64,000 nucleotides of DNA from an uncultured Candidatus Saccharibacteria bacterium (GTDB taxonomy: Bacteria > Patescibacteriota > Minisyncoccia > Phycocordibacterales > UBA9973). Position numbers and translations under genes: made by a program. The stretch lies in the NCBI GenBank assembly GCA_964474435.1, contig CAYYSI010000001.1, positions 126,647 to 190,646 of the forward strand, written 5' to 3'. Position 1 is the first letter of the stretch. The number at the start of each line of letters is the position of its first letter. The notes under the pieces are model-generated. The model was not told the origin of the DNA. It saw only the letters and a list, made by a program, of their open reading frames with translations, and searched no databases. This document shows positions 55,882 through 64,000 of the stretch, in pieces.

Positions 55882-56719
55882 TTCCTTTAGTCGTACTATA
55901 GACGTACGTAAATGATGCGCCCAGGAAAAAGACTTGCGCTGAGTAATAGATCCATACCAAGAGACCGACAAGCGATGATGCTCCACCAAAGACACTCGTG
56001 TGTACGAGGAGTTTTATGTATTCAGTGATGAGCAAGTTGCCGATGCCAAACAATACTGACGTCACGAGTCCTCCCATAAAGAGCACGTGCCATGGGAGCT
56101 TGCGGTTTGGGAGCACGCGATAAATGACGGTGAAAAGCAGCGTGCTCAAGATAAGTGGCACGACGATTTGAAACAATGCGATGAGGGATCCAAACGGGGG
56201 AAGGAGTGGGATAGATGACTGCACAACTGATAAAAAGAGTGTAAGCCCGATCGATACAATGAGTAGTATTGCAAGTAGCGGTATCACTGACAGTACCATG
56301 ATTTTGTCATGCACAAATGCGCCAATCTTTTTTATAAATGAAAGCTTTTTCTTGGCAGGTTTGGTGGTTACGCGCCACAGTTCGTCGAGGTCTCGGTCGA
56401 GTTCGGAGAACACTCCCAATGCCCCGATGACAAAGGTGATAGCACTCAAGAGCGCGGCTTTCACACTGATGTCCTGGAGCTGAGAATTGTGCAGGATCTC
56501 GCTGATGTAGAGCGATGCATTACTGCCGATAGTCGTGACGAGCTGGTGCATGAGCGCGTATTCTACGACGTCCTTGCTAAAGAGTGTGGTGACCGCAGAC
56601 ACAATGAGAAGTATGAGCGGAATGAATGAGAGCATTGCGTAATAGGAGAGTGCGGCACCCATGCGTGGAGCGTTTGAATTACTCCAATGCATGATGGTTT
56701 TCTTTGCCAAATTTTTCAT
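55853..56719 (-). CDS. YihY/BrkB (ribonuclease BN-like) family membrane protein
   Basis: MKNLAKKTIMHWSNSNAPRMGAALSYYAMLSFIPLILLI is the YihY signature. 6 TM. Convergently overlaps the murG 3' end by 29 nt. Confidence 0.7.
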   Translation of the reverse strand: MKNLAKKTIMHWSNSNAPRMGAALSYYAMLSFIPLILLIVSAVTTLFSKDVVEYALMHQLVTTIGSNASLYISEILHNSQLQDISVKAALLSAITFVIGALGVFSELDRDLDELWRVTTKPAKKKLSFIKKIGAFVHDKIMVLSVIPLLAILLIVSIGLTLFLSVVQSSIPLLPPFGSLIALFQIVVPLILSTLLFTVIYRVLPNRKLPWHVLFMGGLVTSVLFGIGNLLITEYIKLLVHTSVFGGASSLVGLLVWIYYSAQVFFLGASFTYVYSTTKGIIPDSGSSQ

Positions 56720-56847
56720 AGACAAAGTATAGCAGTTTATACCCGAGCTTCGCAGTACAATATTGCCGCCAGTGGGTGGGTTTGGCTTGGGCACCAGGCA
56801 ATGTTGTACTGTGGAAGCGAGGGTGATAGTTATCCACATCTATTTTC

Positions 56848-56876
56848 TTGCATGTGAACGATCGTTCACATATACT
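56848..56876 (+). promoter_or_regulatory. SOS promoter: TTGCAT-17-TATACT with a perfect Cheo-type LexA box (tgtGAACgatcGTTCaca, 56853-56870) forming the spacer
   Basis: An 18-bp perfect palindrome containing GAAC-N4-GTTC, the Gram-positive-type LexA operator. It is positioned to occlude RNA polymerase. Confidence 0.65.
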
Positions 56877-56917
56877 AAATACAGGTCGCATTAATACATA
56901 ACCTGTCCACAAAACAT

Positions 56918-57115
56918 ATGACACGACATCAATACACAAAAAATATTTACCACGAACTCCAAGCATTGAACGAACGCATTGATCACAAAATACTGCGTGG
57001 GCAGCGTTATAGTGATGATTCACTCCGCCACAAGCAGCTCTTGCGCCAGATCAAACGTCAGCGCTCACACGGATTCTTTGGTCGCTTTATCAGTTCATTC
57101 TTTCAATTCCAATAA
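56918..57115 (+). CDS. SOS-regulated small protein 1 (65 aa), hypothetical
   Basis: First ORF downstream of the LexA-boxed promoter. Helical, basic, with an aromatic C-terminus (GFFGRFISSFFQFQ). Confidence 0.45.
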   Translation: MTRHQYTKNIYHELQALNERIDHKILRGQRYSDDSLRHKQLLRQIKRQRSHGFFGRFISSFFQFQ

Positions 57116-57116
57116 C

Positions 57117-57320
57117 ATGACTACACCATTTAAAACTCTCGTTCAACACGAAATGAATCGTCTCCAAACATTGGTGACAAATCCCCAGGCTCCAGCACTC
57201 TACGCAATGCCAGGATACCGATATACCACCAGAAAGGCTATACTAGTATCTAGAAGGAAACCAAGCACATATAGTGGACTTCTTTCGTTCACTCGTGTAC
57301 TCCGACTCTTCCTCTTCTAA
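57117..57320 (+). CDS. SOS-regulated small protein 2 (67 aa), hypothetical
   Basis: ATG 1 nt after the ORF1 stop, ending 3 nt before lexA. MTTPFKTLVQHEMNRLQTLVTNP...LLSFTRVLRLFLF. Confidence 0.4.
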   Translation: MTTPFKTLVQHEMNRLQTLVTNPQAPALYAMPGYRYTTRKAILVSRRKPSTYSGLLSFTRVLRLFLF

Positions 57321-57323
57321 CAT

Positions 57324-57887
57324 ATGCAGCCCGAATACAAACAACAACTGATCTCGTTTTACCAAAGCAAAAAGCGGATGCCGACATATACGGAAATGAT
57401 GTCGCTCTTTGGATTCAAGTCAAAAAATGCCGTTGCGCGTATTGTCACCAAACTCCTTGCCGCAGGCATTGTAACCAAAGACAAGCTTGGCAAACTGATC
57501 CCGAGCGATCTCTTTGATAGCACGCCACTCCTAGGTTCAGTAAAGGCGGGCTTCCCATCATCAGTCGACGAAATCACTGACTCACTCAATATTGAAGACT
57601 ACTTGATCAAAAACAAGAGCAACACGTACATCCTCGAAGTCGATGGTAACTCAATGATTGAGGCACACATCGCGGATGGTGATATGGTGATCGCAGAGCG
57701 CACAAGCAATGCCAAAGAAGGTGACATCGTCATCGCACAAGTTGATGGAGAGTTCACCATGAAGTATTTGCGCAAGACTGGTACTACTGTGTGGCTCGAG
57801 CCTGCAAACAAAGACTTCAAACCGATCTATCCCAAACATGATCTCCAAATCGCAGCAGTTGTGCGAGGAGTGATTCGTAAATACTAA
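57324..57887 (+). CDS. lexA: LexA repressor (S24 peptidase)
   Basis: wHTH N-term. Catalytic Ser in VDGNSM and Lys in MKYLRK. 187 aa. Confidence 0.85.
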   Translation: MQPEYKQQLISFYQSKKRMPTYTEMMSLFGFKSKNAVARIVTKLLAAGIVTKDKLGKLIPSDLFDSTPLLGSVKAGFPSSVDEITDSLNIEDYLIKNKSNTYILEVDGNSMIEAHIADGDMVIAERTSNAKEGDIVIAQVDGEFTMKYLRKTGTTVWLEPANKDFKPIYPKHDLQIAAVVRGVIRKY

Positions 57888-58498
57888 TCCTTTTTGTATT
57901 CGAGAAGTTTGCCTGCTGCAATTTCTACAGGGTCAGCTTTGCGTAGCTTTTGTGGCTTCATTTGTGGAGGCAAGATAGGGAAGTGTGTACTATCATCAAG
58001 TGCTGCACCTATTTCCCACAACTCTTCATCAGTTGTAACCCAGTCTGTACCAAATTGTTTGAGACTAAATGGTGCTGAATAATCACGCATCGTTTTTGTT
58101 CCGTCATCGAGGAAATATTCGTGAAAGTAGGAGAGCGCGAGCTCACGTATTGTTTTATATATTGGCTCTCGATATCGGAGTACGGCATGATTGGTCTTGG
58201 AAATTGCGCCCCAGTATCCATGTTGCTTAAAGAGTGCGACAACGTGATCCAGATCATGTTTCGTACTGCGCAGATCTAGGAGTAAGGGCTTTTCGCCATG
58301 ATACCAGAGTACTGCGGCAGCAAGGTACGCACCTTCGATACAGTGGGCACAGTGTGTATGTATAACTCTGCGAGGCGACATGCAGGTCTCTCCATTTTTT
58401 TCGAAGTTATAGGAGATACTATTGAGATACTCCTGGATTTTGGCAGGGGTAGTGAGCTTTTTAAAGAGCTTTTCTTCCTCGGGTGTAAGCGCAAACAT
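57884..58498 (-). CDS. Hypothetical protein with conserved Cys/His (possible papain/transglutaminase-like fold)
   Basis: THCAHCIEGAYLAAAVLWYHGEKP...HGYWGAISKTNHAVL. Family not confidently assigned. Confidence 0.35.
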   Translation of the reverse strand: MFALTPEEEKLFKKLTTPAKIQEYLNSISYNFEKNGETCMSPRRVIHTHCAHCIEGAYLAAAVLWYHGEKPLLLDLRSTKHDLDHVVALFKQHGYWGAISKTNHAVLRYREPIYKTIRELALSYFHEYFLDDGTKTMRDYSAPFSLKQFGTDWVTTDEELWEIGAALDDSTHFPILPPQMKPQKLRKADPVEIAAGKLLEYKKD

Positions 58499-58550
58499 AC
58501 CCTAGTATACCAGCTCACAAAGGCAGTCGTTATGCTATACTGGCTGCCTT

Positions 58551-60017
58551 ATGTCAAAAGGTGAAGCCATAGTGCGCTTTGACGGCGTATCATTTGAATA
58601 TAGCTCAACGAAACCCATCTTGGATGAGGTGGATTTTTCGATCCGCAAAGGCGCCAAAATGACACTCATGGGACAAAATGGCGCCGGCAAAAGTACGATC
58701 TTTAAGCTCCTCACAGGTGAGTACAAGCCCGAGAGCGGCACGATCAATATCGTCAAAGGCGTATCTATCGCAACTGCTCGCCAAGTCATCCCTCGTGACG
58801 AAATGGATCTCACCGTGCGAGAATTCTTTGCAAAGATGTTTACAGAAAAAGTATATGACATCGATCCTCGTATTGACGAAGCGCTCGAAGTCGTGAACCT
58901 TGTGGGACACAAGGACGTGCATGATCGCGTGATCAAGACATTCTCTGGTGGCCAACAGGCGCGACTGTTGCTTGCTTCTGCATTGATCCAAGACCCCGAT
59001 CTACTCCTCCTCGATGAGCCGACCAACAACCTCGACAAGGCAGGTATTTCGCACCTCACCGACTTCTTGGTCAACTACAAAAAGACTGTGATTGTTATTT
59101 CCCATGATGCAGAATTCTTGAATTCATTTACGGAAAGCGTCATCTACCTCGATGTGTATAGTCGCAAGATCGAATACTACGTCGGCAACTACACGGACGT
59201 TGTGCGCGATATCTCGATTCGTATTGAAAAGGAAAATATGAAAAATGCGCAGTTGCAAAAGACAATCCAAGAAAAGAAAGATAAGGCAAACCAGTTTGGA
59301 CACAAAGGTGGACAGATGCGTCTCGTCGCAAAACGCATGCGTATGATCGCGGAAGAGCTCGAGGATGAGATCGTCGACATCCGCAAAGAAGACAAGACGA
59401 TTCGCAATTTCACCATTCCTGTCCAAGAAGATATCATGGGTGAGATCATCAACATCTCTGAGTTCACAACAATGCGCGATCACAAAATCGTCGCACGCAA
59501 GGCAAGTATCTCGCTCAAGAAAAATCAGCACTTGCTTCTCCGTGGTCCCAACGGCATCGGCAAGAGCACGCTCCTTGAAACACTTGCTCGTGGCACCTCT
59601 GACGGCGCAAAGATCAAAGAGGGAGTCAGGGTTGGATATTACCGACAAGATTTCTCGACACTCAACTTCGACCATACAGTGTATGAGTCCCTTGTGCAGA
59701 GTATGCATGATGCTGGCAAAAAACTTGATGAAGAACGCATGCGAGCCGTTGCCGCCAACTTCCTGGTCACCAGTGAAATGATCCGCACCAAGATCGGCAG
59801 CCTCTCAGAAGGACAGAAGGGGCTTGTGGCATTTGCCAACCTCGTCCTCCTCGAACCAGGACTCCTCATCCTCGACGAGCCAACCAACCACATCAACTTC
59901 CGCCATCTCCCAATCATTGCTAAGGCACTTTCGGGCTATACCGGCGCCATGATCCTCGTCTCGCACGTACCAGAATTCGTTGCACAGATACGAATCGACG
60001 AAATACTCGATCTCTAA
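58551..60017 (+). CDS. ABC-F family ATPase (tandem ABC domains, no TMD)
   Basis: Walker A GQNGAGKST and GPNGIGKST, signatures LSGGQQARLLLA and LSEGQKGLVAFA, and a coiled inter-domain linker. Confidence 0.85.
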   Translation: MSKGEAIVRFDGVSFEYSSTKPILDEVDFSIRKGAKMTLMGQNGAGKSTIFKLLTGEYKPESGTINIVKGVSIATARQVIPRDEMDLTVREFFAKMFTEKVYDIDPRIDEALEVVNLVGHKDVHDRVIKTFSGGQQARLLLASALIQDPDLLLLDEPTNNLDKAGISHLTDFLVNYKKTVIVISHDAEFLNSFTESVIYLDVYSRKIEYYVGNYTDVVRDISIRIEKENMKNAQLQKTIQEKKDKANQFGHKGGQMRLVAKRMRMIAEELEDEIVDIRKEDKTIRNFTIPVQEDIMGEIINISEFTTMRDHKIVARKASISLKKNQHLLLRGPNGIGKSTLLETLARGTSDGAKIKEGVRVGYYRQDFSTLNFDHTVYESLVQSMHDAGKKLDEERMRAVAANFLVTSEMIRTKIGSLSEGQKGLVAFANLVLLEPGLLILDEPTNHINFRHLPIIAKALSGYTGAMILVSHVPEFVAQIRIDEILDL

Positions 60018-60022
60018 TCTCG

Positions 60023-60688
60023 GTGTATACTTACAGTATGAAAAGAAGCACAAAAGTCGTTGTATTTATTATTATCTTAACGCTCATTGCGTTTGGTATC
60101 AATGCAGCTAAAAAGGCACATGAAAATGCACAAACAAACACTATTACTACAGATATACCCAATCCTTTGAAATTGTTTAATACATTTAATGGGGTGACAT
60201 TTGATAAAAAACCTTTCATATTTAATTATCCAGCTGAAGGATCATTTAATACAACAGGTTGGGATATAGCTCCCTGGAGAGTAGGGGGACAAACAACTGA
60301 TGGTGGAGGACTAGCCGCTATTGCAATTCCCGCCTCAATACAACCAAATACAAATTTTAGAGGTGCAATATTTATGCTAGGTGCAGGGAGTACTAGTAAC
60401 GCAGTTAAAGACTGTCTGATTGCAACAAATGGAGAAATAGAGGTAGGCAATCTGACAATTAACGGTGTAGTGTATAAAAAATTTACTCTGAGTAATGCTG
60501 GCGCAGGGAACTTTTATGAAACAACGAGCTATCGAACTGTTCGCGACAACAGTTGTTACGCAGTCGAATACACTATCCATACAACCAACATTGCGAATTA
60601 CAGCCCAGATCAAGGCATCAAAGAATACGACAAAGCTTCTGTAACAAAAATTCTTGAAGATATGGTTCAGAGCTTCAAATTCATCTAA
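60023..60688 (+). CDS. Secreted/membrane-anchored hypothetical protein
   Basis: N-terminal signal anchor VVVFIIILTLIAFGINA. Confidence 0.45.
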   Translation: MYTYSMKRSTKVVVFIIILTLIAFGINAAKKAHENAQTNTITTDIPNPLKLFNTFNGVTFDKKPFIFNYPAEGSFNTTGWDIAPWRVGGQTTDGGGLAAIAIPASIQPNTNFRGAIFMLGAGSTSNAVKDCLIATNGEIEVGNLTINGVVYKKFTLSNAGAGNFYETTSYRTVRDNSCYAVEYTIHTTNIANYSPDQGIKEYDKASVTKILEDMVQSFKFI

Positions 60689-61191
60689 TGAAAACTGTTA
60701 CGGTCAATGACATTATGCAAAAAGGGTATACCTATACTCTGACTGAACCGGTTGGCAAAAATTTTGATCCCGAATTTAAACCAAGCTTGAGTCCAAAAGA
60801 AATGCTGCACCTGGGTGTCTTTGGTGGCAAATACATGACAGACTGTCAGGACGAGTTTCCAAAGAGCTGGTTTAAACAATCACTCCTTTCTCCAACCTTT
60901 CATGATCCAGAGATAAATTATTTCAAAGTGAATGCCAGTCAGCCGCTCTCAGTCTGGCAAGCAAAGGGATGGATATACAAAGACGATCCAAGAGGATGGT
61001 TTCAGTGGTATTGTCGATACTACATGGGTCGCCGCATACCTGCCGAAGATAAACGCCAGATCAAACGATGGAAGGCGATACGTCGCCATATTGGCCAAAT
61101 ACAGGCACATTGCAGACCTGGAGATATCAATTGTCGTCCACGACAACGCCAAGCATTACTCCATTGGGCATACGACAGCAGAGCGATCTAA
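60688..61191 (+). CDS. Hypothetical protein with W/R/C-rich C-terminal region
   Basis: GWFQWYCRYYMGRRIPAEDKRQIKRWKAIRRHIGQIQAHC. No family confidently recognised. Confidence 0.4.
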   Translation: MKTVTVNDIMQKGYTYTLTEPVGKNFDPEFKPSLSPKEMLHLGVFGGKYMTDCQDEFPKSWFKQSLLSPTFHDPEINYFKVNASQPLSVWQAKGWIYKDDPRGWFQWYCRYYMGRRIPAEDKRQIKRWKAIRRHIGQIQAHCRPGDINCRPRQRQALLHWAYDSRAI

Positions 61192-61199
61192 TTTTTGAA

Positions 61200-61910
61200 T
61201 TATTTTTTCAGAAGCGCAACGTCGTCAGGTGAGAGCTTTTTCACATTCCCAGGCTTCATGCCATCATATTTCAAATGCCCGATGTGGGTACGAACGAGGG
61301 ATTCGATGGTGAGTTTGCATGCGTCACACATACGACGGATCTGGTGTTTGCGACCTTCAAAAAGGGTGATAGTGAATGACGTACGCGATGCGCGCTTGGT
61401 CACTGCAGGCTTCGTCATAACCTTGTCGAGCATGATGCCTCGTGCCATTTTGAGTATTGCAGCATCACTGACATTTTCGCGAACAGTTACGAGGTATGTC
61501 TTGCCGATATGTGAGTCTTCTTTTGTGAGAGCCTTGGTCAGTGTGCCGTCATTGGACATAAGGATTAATCCTTCAGATTCTTTGTCCAGGCGTCCGATAG
61601 GCGAGAGGTGCTTGAGGTTTTTGAAATGATCATGAAGGTCTTTGGCGGCAGGAGATGTCTTGGTTGTCTCAACACCGCGAGGTTTGTAGACGAGGTAGGA
61701 CTCTTTGTTTTGAGCACCTTTGATTTCGATAACGTCTTTGGTAGGTATCACTCCAAACCCAGCCTCGGTCACAACTTTGCCATTGACTGACACAAGACCC
61801 TTGGCAATAAGTGCCTTGGATTCACGACGAGAGGCGAGCCCACGCTGTGCCATGACCTTTTCAAGGCGCTCGTGACCTTTGGGGAGAGTTGTGGGTTGTT
61901 TGAAGGGCAT
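61200..61910 (-). CDS. rluB: RluB/RsuA-family pseudouridine synthase with S4 domain
   Basis: S4 RNA-binding N-term (RLEKVMAQRGLASRRESKALIAKGLVSVNG), catalytic IGRLDKESEGLILMSNDG. Confidence 0.85.
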   Translation of the reverse strand: MPFKQPTTLPKGHERLEKVMAQRGLASRRESKALIAKGLVSVNGKVVTEAGFGVIPTKDVIEIKGAQNKESYLVYKPRGVETTKTSPAAKDLHDHFKNLKHLSPIGRLDKESEGLILMSNDGTLTKALTKEDSHIGKTYLVTVRENVSDAAILKMARGIMLDKVMTKPAVTKRASRTSFTITLFEGRKHQIRRMCDACKLTIESLVRTHIGHLKYDGMKPGNVKKLSPDDVALLKK

Positions 61911-61962
61911 GATAGGGCGAGTATAGCATGCAGAGTGCTATAAAAGGGGTATACTAAAGTGT

Positions 61963-62445
61963 ATGAATCCAAACGAACAAGACAACATATTATACTTAAA
62001 GTCAACTGGTAGTACAACGGGCGAAGAGGTGGTAGTATCAGCACGTAACCCCGAGTTATCTATGGAAACACACAACAACAGACCCCTTATCGTCACAATG
62101 ATCATTATTGGTATTATTATCATCATTCTATTGCTGAGCCCTCGCTATGGCTACAACAGAGCCGTGCAGTATGGCTACGGCAATACAAACATGTTTGCTG
62201 CAAGTGCGGTGCCATTTACTAATAACTATACGTACACTACAACACGAACCAATGTTCCAGGAACATACTCAATTGTTCGAACATACCCACAGCCAAAGTC
62301 ATATAGCTATACAAGCTACACAACCCCAACGTATTACTCATATCCCCAAACGACCTACCAACCATACCCGGGAGAAACAGTATTTCCCGATGGATGCACA
62401 ATGACAAGTCCGTACAGCACGACAACTGGCGAACCTTGTTCATAA
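61963..62445 (+). CDS. Membrane-anchored Tyr/Thr/Pro-rich hypothetical protein
   Basis: TM IVTMIIIGIIIIILLL, then low-complexity YSYTSYTTPTYYSYPQTTYQPYP. Confidence 0.4.
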   Translation: MNPNEQDNILYLKSTGSTTGEEVVVSARNPELSMETHNNRPLIVTMIIIGIIIIILLLSPRYGYNRAVQYGYGNTNMFAASAVPFTNNYTYTTTRTNVPGTYSIVRTYPQPKSYSYTSYTTPTYYSYPQTTYQPYPGETVFPDGCTMTSPYSTTTGEPCS

Positions 62446-62577
62446 ATTATAATTACAAATATTTTATACATAAAAAACGGCATTCGTGTCGTTTTTTATT
62501 TTAAGTATTTTTTAGAAATAATTTAAGTATAGGTACGTATAATTTTGATATACTTTTAATTCAAATAGTTTAGACGT

Positions 62578-63240
62578 ATGAAGGTATTAATTATCGAAAG
62601 TGATGGTGAAGTCGCTGCTTTTTTAAAAAGAGGACTCGCAGCTGAGATGTGTGTTGTTGATATTGCTCGTACTGGTGCACAAGGTATCACCTGTGTTCGC
62701 AATAATATATATGACGTCATCATACTTACGTATTATTTAGGGGACATGACAGGAATGGAAGTATCGACCGCTATCCGAATACATAACCCATCTGTACCGA
62801 TACTCGTGTTAACAACGGAACGCAATATGGATATCAAAGTAGATATGCTTTCTGTCTGCGACGATTATATGACGCGTCCATTTTCGCTCTGTGAGTTGAT
62901 TGCACGACTACGTGCTCTCACGAGACGAGGGTCTATTATGCGTAATGAAATAGTACACCGAGGAGACCTCATGCTTGATTCTCGAAAATACATTGTGACG
63001 CTCAATGGTGAAGAAGTTCGTCTGCGCCACAAAGAATTTGCACTGCTTGAATACTTGATGCATCACCCAGACATCGTCGTCTCTCGAGAAATGATACTGT
63101 CCCATGTATGGGACATGAATGCTGATCCTTTTACCAACACCGTCGACACGCACATCAGACTCCTCCGCAAGAAACTCGAAGACCAAACTCGCACCTTCAT
63201 TCATACCGTTCCAAAGAGGGGATATCGCTTTTCTGCGTGA
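62578..63240 (+). CDS. OmpR-family response regulator, atypical (phospho-acceptor Asp replaced by Thr)
   Basis: Receiver domain plus C-terminal winged helix (RLLRKKLE...PKRGYRF). The position homologous to the phosphorylated Asp reads IILT (T, not D), and KPF is changed to RPF. Confidence 0.7.
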   Translation: MKVLIIESDGEVAAFLKRGLAAEMCVVDIARTGAQGITCVRNNIYDVIILTYYLGDMTGMEVSTAIRIHNPSVPILVLTTERNMDIKVDMLSVCDDYMTRPFSLCELIARLRALTRRGSIMRNEIVHRGDLMLDSRKYIVTLNGEEVRLRHKEFALLEYLMHHPDIVVSREMILSHVWDMNADPFTNTVDTHIRLLRKKLEDQTRTFIHTVPKRGYRFSA

Positions 63241-63294
63241 TTCTTTGAATATTTCAAGGGAAAAGCATATACTTGATGTATCATATAGAGCGTT

Positions 63295-64000
63295 ATGAAA
63301 TCCATTAGATTTTTCCCGACCCTTTCTGCATATAGAGCACATATGTATGAAACAATAGTGCAGACAGAGATATTTAAGTATCACCCTTTTTACAGATCAT
63401 TAATAGATTTTATAATTGACCACCGATCTCCATTATTTTTTGAAGCTTCTGAGGATTTTGAATTTTCACACTTTACTCAGTATTTCAATTTCGTCCTCAT
63501 TCGAGGAAATTATGACAATGATTTTATTAGCGATATGTTCTTTATGCACGACTTTGTGCATATGATCTTCGACAACCCTCTCAATGTACACGGATATACC
63601 TTTGAGTATTTTTGTGAAATTGTAAATAACAATGAGTGGGTGGCCTCAAATGAAACCGAGACTTTGACATATTACCGTATTCCAGAAATGCGAGAAAAAA
63701 GTCTGCCGTACACTATTATGTATGACTTACTAAAACATACAGATAATAAGCAACCAAGTCCTCAGTATCTCCTTAATCTCCGAAAAAAGATCATATTTGA
63801 AAATTCTGATGAGGGTCTTGCTGGACACGAGAATGCTGACAAAGTTTTTTCCTACTTACGAAAATTTAAGGAGAATAATCAATTGTGGTGCAAACTATGG
63901 TATGATAATTTTCCAAAGATATCTAAACCGTATTCAGAAAGACGCCTCTGTCTACCATTGCTCTCATATGAAGAAATACTATTAAATTACAAAACTATAA
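63295..64000 (+). CDS. Hypothetical protein, 5' portion (ORF runs off the window end, not in track)
   Basis: ATG at 63295, an open frame of at least 235 codons with no stop. MKSIRFFPTLSAYRAHMYETIVQ... Low GC. Confidence 0.4.
   Translation, partial: MKSIRFFPTLSAYRAHMYETIVQTEIFKYHPFYRSLIDFIIDHRSPLFFEASEDFEFSHFTQYFNFVLIRGNYDNDFISDMFFMHDFVHMIFDNPLNVHGYTFEYFCEIVNNNEWVASNETETLTYYRIPEMREKSLPYTIMYDLLKHTDNKQPSPQYLLNLRKKIIFENSDEGLAGHENADKVFSYLRKFKENNQLWCKLWYDNFPKISKPYSERRLCLPLLSYEEILLNYKTI

Noticed and set aside
63797-63985. 62-aa track ORF near the window end
   Set aside because: It is out of frame with, and fully inside, a much longer uninterrupted ORF starting at 63295.
1-64000. CRISPR arrays, rRNA and tRNA genes
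   Set aside because: No regularly spaced direct repeats, no rRNA-like conserved stretches and no tRNA T-arm (GGTTCGAATCC-like) were seen in the intergenic regions. A proper tRNAscan or Infernal run is still needed, especially for the small intergenic gaps.

Overview
This 64 kb window reads as the chromosome of a small-genome bacterium (gene content and style suggest a Patescibacteria/Saccharibacteria-like organism; this is inference). It is densely packed with housekeeping genes on both strands. These include division and shape genes (ftsZ N-terminus, ftsA, mreB, mraY-ftsW-murG, scpA/scpB, mltG), replication and repair genes (priA, dnaB, recR, holB-like, a dnaQ-like exonuclease, lexA), the distal end of the S10-spc-alpha ribosomal superoperon (infA-rpmJ-rpsM-rpsK-rpsD-rpoA-rplQ followed by rplM-rpsI), rpsU, rplU, frr, grpE/dnaK/dnaJ, six aminoacyl-tRNA synthetases (alaS, lysS, cysS, trpS, aspS, plus mnmA), rseP, pepF, corA, mgtC, ybeY, rluB, an ABC-F ATPase, a histidine kinase and an atypical OmpR-type regulator. 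Core genes run at about 48-55% GC. Low-GC (about 27-35%) patches carrying lineage-specific genes are interspersed, the largest at 44.7-48.4 kb between trpS and aspS. Intergenic regions repeatedly show a cassette of intrinsic-terminator hairpin, T-run, near-consensus TTGACA -35, 16-17 nt spacer and TATnAT -10. No tRNA, rRNA or CRISPR was recognised by eye. Most notable findings: (1) a 13-16 nt motif (TATTTTGTACGTGATG) sits exactly at the start codons of ftsA and recR and recurs in inverted orientation to make two terminal-inverted-repeat-like pairs, one of which brackets a free-standing GIY-YIG nuclease gene wedged between dnaB and recR; (2) a perfect Cheo-type LexA box (GAAC-N4-GTTC) lies in the 17-nt spacer of a promoter driving two tightly coupled unannotated small ORFs and then lexA; (3) a 345-nt promoter-to-terminator unit with no credible ORF sits between rpsI and grpE and is a candidate ncRNA; (4) a low-GC accessory island carries two paralogous SAM methyltransferases, an HExxH protein and an MprF-C/FemAB-like (DUF2156-like) protein; (5) an orphan DnaA domain-IV-only protein lies in a low-GC islet; (6) a response regulator lacks the phospho-acceptor Asp.
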